Below the pieces are notes generated by a model, which worked only from the letters and a program-made list of their open reading frames with translations, ran no database searches and had not been told where the DNA came from. Shown one piece after another: positions 1 through 7,812 of a DNA stretch of 64,000 nucleotides. Origin of the DNA: Hydrurus foetidus (Eukaryota); the NCBI GenBank assembly GCA_900617105.1, contig UYFQ01000732.1, positions 1 through 64,000 on the forward strand, given 5' to 3'. How positions within the stretch are numbered: the first letter of the stretch is position 1; each line of letters opens with the position of its first letter. Both the position numbers and the translations under genes were made by a program.

Positions 1-622
1 AGCCCAGGCTTCCCAAGTACACAGCAAACGGGCAGTAGCCATCAACGCCGGCGTAAGTGCGCCCAACCAGTTCCTTCTTGGTGCCACCGTTGTCCATGGC
101 AAAGGTATCCAGATCCACCGGTGTGTAACCACAGGACAATGCACCGAAATCTATTGGCTGCCCATTGATGCGGCTGCTCAGCAGCAGTTGGTTCATTTGG
201 GGCGCGAGATCGAACCAAGAGGCAGCATGGGTGTCCATGCGTTGGCGCAGCGTGGGGCTCGATGGCACCACACCCAGACCGAGTGCGCGCATGAAGAAAG
301 CGTTGCCCCGAAAGCTCTCAATCGCATCGAAGTCGCTCTTACCCAAGCACAGCAGGGCAAGATAGGATTTGAGAATATCGCTGTTGGATGCACCCGAGCG
401 CACGGGGAACTTCGGATCAATCAAGGAATTGACGTTAACGCGCTTGAGGTATTTGCCGATAAAAGCCAGTCCGGCATGGGAACTGAGATCGTAGGGCAGT
501 TTTTTAATAATGAAGTCGGTCATGTTCGGGTTCACCTACGGGGTGAATCTTACATGCAGGCTAAGTCGTTGATTTCAATAGGGAAATCAACATATTTCAA
601 CTGCGAAGTCACGGATTCAGGG
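1..622 (-). mobile_element. IS1380-family insertion sequence, left end (element continues beyond window start)
   Basis: Minus-strand transposase ORF. The end reads CCCTGAATCCGTGAC on the minus strand at ~621-622, a CC(T)-type terminus. Sequence switches abruptly to AT-rich beyond 622. Confidence 0.8.
2..523 (-). CDS. IS1380-family DDE transposase, N-terminal part (runs off window)
   Basis: Hand translation from ATG at 523: MTDFIIKKLPYDLSSHAGLAFIGKYL...LGKSDFDAIE...VPSSPTLRQRMD...VDLDTFAMDNGGTKKELVGRTYAGVDGYCP. Open to the window edge, so it is absent from the ORF track. Confidence 0.85.
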   Translation of the reverse strand, partial: MTDFIIKKLPYDLSSHAGLAFIGKYLKRVNVNSLIDPKFPVRSGASNSDILKSYLALLCLGKSDFDAIESFRGNAFFMRALGLGVVPSSPTLRQRMDTHAASWFDLAPQMNQLLLSSRINGQPIDFGALSCGYTPVDLDTFAMDNGGTKKELVGRTYAGVDGYCPFAVYLGSLG

Positions 623-1078
623 TATTTCTTCCCGTAATTTTCCTTCCGGGGTCAATTTTTCTGATAAGCCATCTATAACAAAGGTGATCGGCCTTTGACT
701 TGCAATTTTTTGCAATTTGTATAGAAGCCCCTTATATGTCGCTTCGTCAATTGACTCGAAGTTTCCCGGCTTGCCATCTAGAATCCAGCAAATCTGTTCT
801 GCCAATACTATTCTGGCATATTCAGGTGAGTAGAAGTACGTGTCACCAGGCGATAGAAAAACTCCAATAGAATCTTGTGAGTGCTTTCTTAGATAGCTTG
901 CTAAAAGTTCACTCTTCCCACTCTGCACCTCACCCTCTAGTAAAACACAGCGAGCAGCATCTTTGAATACCGTCTCAATGTGCTCTGATAAATTATCACG
1001 AGCAAGCGATCTTGTTGGTTTCTTCGGTAAGTTGCGGCAAAAATCGGGCGTTCCGATTTCGTGTTCTATTTTTTTCAT
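617..1078 (-). pseudogene. 5' fragment of a P-loop NTPase (STAND/NACHT-like), interrupted by the IS
   Basis: Walker A GEVQSGKS and Walker B ITFVIDG. The ORF ends shortly after Walker B at a TGA lying inside the IS end. AT-rich. Confidence 0.7.
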
Positions 1079-1620
1079 TTGTTGTCTCTAGTATTCGCCC
1101 TACTCAGTTAACTGATTTTGGACGATGCATTGCATACTGCTGAAAACAATTTATCTAGCAAGCGAGCGGTGAAATAGTTCTGTGGCTCAAGTAGTTGTAA
1201 GTATGAGTTTGCATAAACATAACTATTGAAAACTGCAAATCCTGCACACTAAACGGGTCATCAAAAGTCTGAAAAGCAGCGCCAAAACTAGGCTTCGGAC
1301 ATGCCGCAAAAATCCATAAACTCAAGCAATTCCCACAGATATCCGCTTCCAGTCTAAACATTTATTTCGGCCAACGGTATCCCCCAAACGGGTGAATTTC
1401 CAGCATTCCTTATGGAAAAGAAAACCACCTATTCGTAATTCAACATTGAATTTCTGTATCGAACAGTGAATCCACCAATATTTGAAGGCGTAGGATTTCA
1501 ATGCACGGGGCCGCGACAATTCGATGCCCAGACTGCAGATAGCACCTCATTTCGCCACCCACCAAAGCATCCCCAAGATTAGTCCCCCAGACTCCTCTCA
1601 TCACCACAAGAGAAGTCCCC

Positions 1621-1968
1621 ATGACGATCACCTGCTTCATCCGCTACGAAATCGACCCGTTCAAGAAAGACCAGTTCACGATCTATTCTGAAAACTGGGC
1701 CCGCATCATTCCCCGCCTGGGTGGGCATTTGCTGGGCTACTTTGTGCCGCACGAGGGCAGCAACTACGAGGCGTGGGGGCTGATCTCTTTCTCCAGCCTG
1801 GCGGCGTATGAGGCCTACCGCCAGCGGCTGCGTGCGGACGATGAGGCTGCTGCCAACTTTGCGTTTGCGCAGCGCGAGCGTTTCATCCTGAAGGAAGAGC
1901 GCACCTTCCCCCAGCCGGTGCCCGCCAGCTACCTGCAGGCGCCCACCGGCTATATTGAAGCTGCATGA
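1621..1968 (+). CDS. NIPSNAP family protein
   Basis: [14 protein letters not shown]...[13 protein letters not shown]...[11 protein letters not shown] pattern; 115 aa. Confidence 0.85.
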   Translation: MTITCFIRYEIDPFKKDQFTIYSENWARIIPRLGGHLLGYFVPHEGSNYEAWGLISFSSLAAYEAYRQRLRADDEAAANFAFAQRERFILKEERTFPQPVPASYLQAPTGYIEAA

Positions 1969-2702
1969 AATCCGCCCCATCGGCTGCGCCGTCAGCCACA
2001 CCCTACGAGCCCAAGCTGGCCAGCGTTGCCGCGGTGATTGCCGACGCCACGCGTGCGCGCATGCTGAGCTACCTGCTGGCCGGCGACTACGCCAGCGCGG
2101 GCGAGCTGGCGCGGGCTGCTTCGGTCACGCCCGCCACGGCCAGCGGGCATTTGGGCAAACTCATGGCCGCCGAGCTGCTGGTGTGCGAGCAGCGCGGGCG
2201 GCACCGCTACTACAAGCTGGCCGACGACGAGGTGGCCCACGCGCTGGAAGCGGTGGCGCTGATGGCCGAGCGCCGCACCCACACCGCCGCCTGGGCCAAC
2301 CCCACGCGCCAGCGGCTGCGCTTTGCCCGCTGCTGCTATGGGCACCTGGCGGGGAAACTGGGCGTGGAGATGTTCTCGCAGCTGCTGTCCAAAGAATGGC
2401 TGTGCCCCGCGGGCGACGGCTACCTGCTCACCGCGCAGGGCACGGCCGGGCTGGACGCGCTGGGCTTTGCGGTGGACGGCATGGACCAAGCCAAGCCATC
2501 TACATCCACCCGCGTGGCCTACCGTTGCCTGGACTGGTCAGAACGCCGCGACCACATGGCGGGCCAGCTGCCCAAGGCGCTGCTGGCGCACTGCCTGCAA
2601 CAAGGCTGGCTGCGCCGACACACCGGCGAACGCGCGCTGGAGGTCACTCCGCAGGGGCGCAAGCACCTGGCGGGCTTGCTGCCTTCGGTCAACGCGTTGT
2701 GA
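1965..2702 (+). CDS. ArsR/SmtB-family winged-helix regulator with C-terminal extension
   Basis: ADATRARML...[10 protein letters not shown]...[16 protein letters not shown] and [10 protein letters not shown] motifs; ATGA overlap with the NIPSNAP gene. Confidence 0.85.
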   Translation: MKSAPSAAPSATPYEPKLASVAAVIADATRARMLSYLLAGDYASAGELARAASVTPATASGHLGKLMAAELLVCEQRGRHRYYKLADDEVAHALEAVALMAERRTHTAAWANPTRQRLRFARCCYGHLAGKLGVEMFSQLLSKEWLCPAGDGYLLTAQGTAGLDALGFAVDGMDQAKPSTSTRVAYRCLDWSERRDHMAGQLPKALLAHCLQQGWLRRHTGERALEVTPQGRKHLAGLLPSVNAL

Positions 2703-2704
2703 GA

Positions 2705-2760
2705 AAAATAGGCCTCTAGCCCCCGTGGAATATGCGCTAGCAGCTTCTGTTTTGATAGCA
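2705..2760 (+). repeat. 56-bp dispersed repeat, copy 1
   Basis: aaaataggcctctagcccccgtggaatatgcgctagcagcttctgttttgatagca; aligns without gaps to six other copies. Confidence 0.9.
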
Positions 2761-2774
2761 GTCAGGCGATGGGC

Positions 2775-2805
2775 TTGACCCTCACGCTACGTGAGGGTTG
2801 ATACT
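2775..2805 (+). promoter_or_regulatory. MerR-type promoter/operator
   Basis: TTGACC-19 bp-GATACT with perfect dyad ACCCTCACG-cta-CGTGAGGGT. Confidence 0.85.
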
Positions 2806-2832
2806 GCGGGTCTGTCTATAAGGAGCCGCGTT

Positions 2833-3861
2833 GTGTTACTCAAAGTTGGCGAACTAGCCGCCCGCACGGGCCTGACGGTGCGCACGCTGCACCACTACGA
2901 CACGATTGAGCTGCTCAAGCCCTCGGCCCGGTCCGACGCGGGCTACCGCCTCTACAACCAGGACGACGTGGCCCGGCTGCACGCCATCCAGGCGTTGCGC
3001 CACATGGGCCTGTCGCTGCCCGATGTGGGCGACATGCTGGCGCGCAGCGGCGAAGGCCTGGGCGACACCATCGCCCGCCAGATCCGCGCGCTGGGCCACG
3101 AGATCACCCAGGCCACCGAGCTACAAGCGCGGCTACAACTGCTGCAAGAGCGCCTGGCCGCCGGCAGTGCGCCCGACATGGCGGACTGGTTGTCCACACT
3201 CTCCTTGATGACGACGTACTCCAAATACTTCAGTGCCGCAGAGATCAAGCGCATTCTGGACAACCGCAAGGCACAGGCCGCGATCTGGGAGCCGTTGATC
3301 GCCGAGGTGCGTGTGGCCGTCGCAGCGCAGTTGGCGCCCGACACCAAGGCCGTGCAATCGCTGGCGCTGCGCTGGATGAACCTGACGCTGGCCATGATGG
3401 ACGACGACTTCAAGCTGATCGACCGCTGGGGCCAGATGTACAACACCGAACCCAAGCGGCTGTTCCAAAACGGCCCCGGGCCGGACGTGGTCAGCTACAT
3501 CAACACCGCCATCGCGCTGCGCATGGAGGCCATGCTGCGCCATATGTCGCTGGCCGAATTGCAGACGCTGCGCACCGCGCCACAGATGGGCATTGAGGCG
3601 CTAGCGCGCGACGCCCATGCGCTGCACGCCAGCCAGGCCGATCTGGCCGGGCCTGCTGCGGGTGCGTTGGTCGCGGACTGGGAGCAATTCATGCTGGTCG
3701 TGTGTGGAGGCAAACCCGCGCTACTGCGCAAGTTGATCGTGGCGTACACGGCCGAGCCCTTGTTGCATGGCACCACGGTCTTCGACACTGTGACGCTGGA
3801 TGTGATCAAGCGGGCGCTGGATGCACAGGGCCATCCGCTTTCCAGCCCGTTCGTTGCATAA
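2833..3861 (+). CDS. MerR-family regulator with tandem TipAS/AlbA-like drug-binding domains
   Basis: AGGAG RBS then GTG at 2833. VGELAARTGLTVRTLHHYD...GYRLY HTH; PDMADWLSTLSLMTTYSKYFS linker and two helical repeats resemble AlbA. Confidence 0.85.
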   Translation: MLLKVGELAARTGLTVRTLHHYDTIELLKPSARSDAGYRLYNQDDVARLHAIQALRHMGLSLPDVGDMLARSGEGLGDTIARQIRALGHEITQATELQARLQLLQERLAAGSAPDMADWLSTLSLMTTYSKYFSAAEIKRILDNRKAQAAIWEPLIAEVRVAVAAQLAPDTKAVQSLALRWMNLTLAMMDDDFKLIDRWGQMYNTEPKRLFQNGPGPDVVSYINTAIALRMEAMLRHMSLAELQTLRTAPQMGIEALARDAHALHASQADLAGPAAGALVADWEQFMLVVCGGKPALLRKLIVAYTAEPLLHGTTVFDTVTLDVIKRALDAQGHPLSSPFVA

Positions 3862-3878
3862 AAAAACAAAAATTGGGC

Positions 3879-3910
3879 TTGACCCTCGCGCAACGTCAGG
3901 GCTGACCATT
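3879..3910 (+). promoter_or_regulatory. Second MerR-type promoter/operator, upstream of the MFS gene
   Basis: GGGCTTGACCCTC is identical to the first site; imperfect dyad CCCTCGCG-caa-CGTCAGGG; 19-20 bp spacer. Confidence 0.7.
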
Positions 3911-3948
3911 GCGGTTTTAGACACATAAACGCAATGAGAGGACGAGCC

Positions 3949-5304
3949 ATGAGCCCGCAAGCACACAAGCAACAACCGCCGCCCAACCCCGACCGCGCCG
4001 CAATGCTGCGCGACAAGAACTTCGTCTGGCTGATGGCCGGCGCCATCATCTCCATGCTGGGTGACCAGTTCACGCTGGTGGCTCTGCCCTGGCTGGTGCT
4101 GCGCATGACCGGTGACACGCTGGTGCTGGGCACCGTGCTGGCGCTGATGAGCCTGCCGCGCGCCGCCTTCATCCTCATCGGTGGGGCTGTGGTGGACCGC
4201 TACTCGCCCAAGAAAGTGTTGATGATCACCAAGTACATCAACACCGCGCTGCTGGCGGCATTGGCCGTGCTGGTGCTGGTGGGCGGCCTGACGTTGTGGA
4301 CCGTGTACGCGCTGGCGTTTGCCATTGGCCTGGCCACGGCCTTCAGTATTCCGTCTGCCACGTCCATGCTGCCGCATGTGATGCAGCGCGCCCAGTTGCC
4401 CGCGGCCAATGGCGTGATGATGGGCCTGCGCCAGTTGTCAATGTTCCTCGGGCCGCTGCTGGCGGGTCTGCTGATCGTGCTGTTTGGTGATGGCCCCTCG
4501 GGCAGCACCACCGCCGGGACCGTGACCGACGCCACCGGCCTGGGCGTGGCCTTTGCCTTTGATGCGCTGAGCTTTTTAGCTTCCGCATGGACGTTGTCCC
4601 AGGTGCGCATGCACAGCCAGGTGCAAGCCAACCCGGCAATGCCAGCCCCGGCCAACCAGCCGGTGTTTGCAGCGGTGGCGGCCGGCCTGCGCCACCTCTG
4701 GAACGACCGCGACATGCGCCTGTGTTTCATCTACTGGGGCATCGTGGCGGTGCTGATCACCGGTCCGGTGCAGATTGCCGTGCCGGTGCTGGCCACCACG
4801 CTGAACCTGGGCGCCGCGGCGCTGGGCATTTTGCTGGGCGCGCACGGTGCCGGTACCCTGATTGGCATGGCGATGTCCGGCGCGAAACCGGGCATGCGCC
4901 TGGGCACCCTGGGCATGACCATGCTGGTGGTGGATGTAGTGGTGGGCGTGTTGTTCATGCCCATGGGCCTGATCAATGCCACCTGGCAAGGCGCGATGCT
5001 GCTGGGCACGATTGGCGTGCTGGGCGGCTTCATGCAGGTGTCCATCTTCACGTGGCTGCAGCGGCGCACGCCGCCCGCGCTGATGGGGCGGGTGATGAGC
5101 ATGTTCATGTTCATCTTCCTGGGCCTGGCGCCGCTGTCGGGCGCGGTCACCGGCTGGATGTTGCGCTCCATCACGCTGACCCAGTTGTTTGTGGGTAGCG
5201 GTGGGCTGCTGGTGTGCATCGCGCTGCTGGCGCTGGTGGCATCGCCCGTGCGGCAAGTGACGGACGGGCCCCAACCCCAATGGCCACCTGCCGCGCCGAC
5301 ATGA
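3949..5304 (+). CDS. MFS transporter (DHA3/macrolide-efflux-like)
   Basis: About 12 hydrophobic segments; ISMLGDQFTLVALPWLV, GGAVVDRYSPK, LQRRTPPALMGRVMS. Confidence 0.9.
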   Translation: MSPQAHKQQPPPNPDRAAMLRDKNFVWLMAGAIISMLGDQFTLVALPWLVLRMTGDTLVLGTVLALMSLPRAAFILIGGAVVDRYSPKKVLMITKYINTALLAALAVLVLVGGLTLWTVYALAFAIGLATAFSIPSATSMLPHVMQRAQLPAANGVMMGLRQLSMFLGPLLAGLLIVLFGDGPSGSTTAGTVTDATGLGVAFAFDALSFLASAWTLSQVRMHSQVQANPAMPAPANQPVFAAVAAGLRHLWNDRDMRLCFIYWGIVAVLITGPVQIAVPVLATTLNLGAAALGILLGAHGAGTLIGMAMSGAKPGMRLGTLGMTMLVVDVVVGVLFMPMGLINATWQGAMLLGTIGVLGGFMQVSIFTWLQRRTPPALMGRVMSMFMFIFLGLAPLSGAVTGWMLRSITLTQLFVGSGGLLVCIALLALVASPVRQVTDGPQPQWPPAAPT

Positions 5305-5320
5305 AGGCGATCGTGCAAGT

Positions 5321-5376
5321 AAAATAGGCCGCTAGCCCCCGTGGAATATGCGCTGGCAGCTACTGTTTTGATAGCA
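5321..5376 (+). repeat. 56-bp dispersed repeat, copy 2
   Basis: 53/56 identical to copy 1; overlaps the 3' end of the SDR gene. Confidence 0.9.
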
Positions 5377-6130
5377 ACAAGGACTGCGCCAGCGCCACAG
5401 CATCCGCACCCGCAGGGATGCGCATGGGGGCGGCCGGGTCTGTCACTGCCAGCCACACGGCCTCGGCAACATCCTGCGCATGGGTCACCGGTGTGGCGGT
5501 GTCGCGCACGGCGGCAAACACGCGCTCGGTGAATTCGGCATAGGCCGCGTGCGTGCTGCTTGCCATGCGCGGGCGGGCGTTGGCCCCAAAGCTGGTGCTC
5601 GGAGAGCGCCCTGGCAACACCAGCCTGGCGCGCACACCAAAAGGCTCCAGCTCCAGCGCCAGACACTCGGTGAATGCGTTGACCGCCGCCTTGCTGGCGG
5701 TATAGACCGACAGCAGCGGCAGCGGCATCAACGTCACGGTCGATGTCACGTTCACCACCACGCCAGCGCGCCGTTGCCGGAACTGCGGCAGCACCGCCTG
5801 CGTCATCGCCATGGTGCCGAAGGTGTTGGTCTCAAAGATCTCCCGCGCACTGGCCAGGCTGATGCCTTCCGTGGGCGCCAGCAGGCCGACGCCAGCGTTG
5901 TTGACCAAGGCATCAATCGGCCCGGCTTCCTCCACACAACGGCGGATGCTCTCTGCATCGGTTACGTCCAGCGCCAGCAGGCGCAGCCGCTCAGACGGTG
6001 GCAACAGGCCTTCGCGCGGGGTGCGCATGGTGGCCACCACGCGCCAGCCTTTGTCGAGAAAGAAACGGGCCGTCTCCAGGCCAAAGCCCGACGAACAACC
6101 GGTAATGAGAACAGTAGAAATAGCAGACAT
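5360..6130 (-). CDS. Short-chain dehydrogenase/reductase
   Basis: TGCSSGFG, NNAG, YTASK; AAGGAG RBS before the ATG at 6130. Confidence 0.9.
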   Translation of the reverse strand: MSAISTVLITGCSSGFGLETARFFLDKGWRVVATMRTPREGLLPPSERLRLLALDVTDAESIRRCVEEAGPIDALVNNAGVGLLAPTEGISLASAREIFETNTFGTMAMTQAVLPQFRQRRAGVVVNVTSTVTLMPLPLLSVYTASKAAVNAFTECLALELEPFGVRARLVLPGRSPSTSFGANARPRMASSTHAAYAEFTERVFAAVRDTATPVTHAQDVAEAVWLAVTDPAAPMRIPAGADAVALAQSLLLSKQ

Positions 6131-6225
6131 CAACAACTCCTTGGGTTAACAAGCTACGTACGATACGGGCCATAAACCGGACTGACTATGCTTAAATGTC
6201 CATTTATTTGTTGAGATGATCCAAG

Positions 6226-7173
6226 ATGATCGATCCACTCGCCGAAGTCGTGTCCTTGCTGCAGCCCAGCGCCCCCTTCTCCAAGATCGTGGTGGCATCG
6301 GCGCCCTGGGCGGTGCGCCGCACGGAGATGGGCCGGCCGTTTTACTTCGTGGTGCTGGAAGGCAGCTGCCAGCTGACGGTGGACGGCCCCGCACACAGCG
6401 ACACCATCACCCTGAACGCGGGCGACTTCGCGCTCATCCCGGCGGCGCGCAGTTTTGCTACCTCCAGCCTGGACCGGCTGCCGCCCGGCGCGGGCGAAGC
6501 GGTCACCACGCCCATCGCCGCCATGCCAGGCGGTGCGCGCGTGGGCGACCCCGAAGGCGCGGTGGATGTGCGCATGCTGGTGGGCAACTGCGTGCTGGGC
6601 TCGCCCGACGCTGCCTTGCTGGTGCCACTGCTGCCGCAGTGGGTGCATGTGCGCAGCGAGCCGCGCTTGGCCACCCTGGTGCAACTGCTGGGCGACGAAA
6701 CCCGCACCGACCGGCCCGCGCGCGAGATCGTGATGGCCCGTTTGCTGGAGGTGCTGCTGATAGAAGCCTTTAGGTCCAGCGCCAGCACGGCGGCATCGCC
6801 GGGCCTGGTGCGGGGCTTGTCGGACCCCAAACTCGCACTGGCCCTGCGCAGCATGCACGCGCAGCCTGCGGCCACCTGGAGCATTGCGAAGCTGGCGCGC
6901 GAAGCCGGCATGTCCCGCTCCGCTTTCTTCGACCGCTTTAGCCGCGCGGTCGGCGTCACGCCCATGGACTACTTGCAAACGTGGCGCATGGCCATGGCCA
7001 AGCAACTGCTGCGGCAGCGCGAACTGGCCATCGCCGAGATTGCGGAGCGCGTGGGCTACAGCTCTGTCAGCGCCTTCGGCGTTGCCTTCACGCGCCTCGT
7101 GGGCATCCCACCGGGGCGCTATGCCAAGGGTGATGTGGATGAGGTGTTTCAAAGTCGCCCAGTGACCCTATGA
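6226..7173 (+). CDS. AraC-family regulator (cupin_6 N-terminal domain)
   Basis: MIDPLAEVV N-terminus; LAREAGMSRSAF...VGYSSVSAF double HTH; divergent from the SDR. Confidence 0.9.
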   Translation: MIDPLAEVVSLLQPSAPFSKIVVASAPWAVRRTEMGRPFYFVVLEGSCQLTVDGPAHSDTITLNAGDFALIPAARSFATSSLDRLPPGAGEAVTTPIAAMPGGARVGDPEGAVDVRMLVGNCVLGSPDAALLVPLLPQWVHVRSEPRLATLVQLLGDETRTDRPAREIVMARLLEVLLIEAFRSSASTAASPGLVRGLSDPKLALALRSMHAQPAATWSIAKLAREAGMSRSAFFDRFSRAVGVTPMDYLQTWRMAMAKQLLRQRELAIAEIAERVGYSSVSAFGVAFTRLVGIPPGRYAKGDVDEVFQSRPVTL

Positions 7174-7353
7174 CCCATTTCCCGGTGTCTCGCAATTCGG
7201 AGAAGGGGTGAAGGGGTGAAGGGCATCGCGGCCATTGCGGCCGCAGCGTGCCTACATCCACTTACAGTTGACACACGTTCGATACGCCCCATTTCCCGTT
7301 TGAGCCGTTAGTTGGATATGCCCTAAACGTGGGTTAACCAGATGGAGCTCCCA

Positions 7354-7782
7354 ATGACTTTCTCAAATCGTATTCATCCCTTGGTAGCCGTTGCCGCCAT
7401 ATCCGTCACCCTGGTGAGCGGACTGGGCATTGCGGCCATGACAGGCGTTCTCCCCAACTCCCACGGTCACACCGCGGAATCCGTGCAGGCACCCGTTGTT
7501 GCGGAAGCTGTTCAACACAAAGCTGTGCCGCACAACGCCGTGCTGCATGCCGCCTCCCACACACAACCAACGACGACTGGCCAGGTTGCAAAGAATGAAC
7601 CTGCTGCACCTGCCGCAAAGCCTGCTCCCCACAACAGCCCCATCGGCATTGGTGTGGGTGCCGTCATTGGCGGGGTGTTGGGAAATCAGGTGGGTAGCGG
7701 TGACGGAAAAACGCTGGCCACGATTGCTGGCGCAATAGGCGGTGGCTACATTGGCAACGAGGTTGCCAAGAAGAATCAATAA
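7354..7782 (+). CDS. Glycine-zipper 2TM domain protein
   Basis: N-terminal hydrophobic anchor; GAVIGGVLGNQVGSGDGKTLATIAGAIGGGYIGN. Confidence 0.85.
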   Translation: MTFSNRIHPLVAVAAISVTLVSGLGIAAMTGVLPNSHGHTAESVQAPVVAEAVQHKAVPHNAVLHAASHTQPTTTGQVAKNEPAAPAAKPAPHNSPIGIGVGAVIGGVLGNQVGSGDGKTLATIAGAIGGGYIGNEVAKKNQ

Positions 7783-7792
7783 GTCAAGAAAA

Positions 7793-7812
7793 GGCGCGCT
7801 GATCAGCGCGCC
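7793..7812. terminator. Perfect 20-bp palindrome between convergent genes; probable intrinsic terminator for the minus-strand gene
   Basis: GGCGCGCTGATCAGCGCGCC preceded by an A-rich tract (U-tract on the minus strand); overlaps the phosphatase stop codon. Confidence 0.55.

Noticed and set aside
188..637. 149-aa plus-strand ORF over the IS
   Set aside because: Antisense shadow of the minus-strand transposase.
1079..1620. AT-rich 540-bp gap with short ORFs; considered ncRNA or CRISPR leader
   Set aside because: No repeats, convincing hairpins or protein motifs found.
7202..7223. Short tandem GAAGGGGT repeat
   Set aside because: Under three units; too short to interpret.
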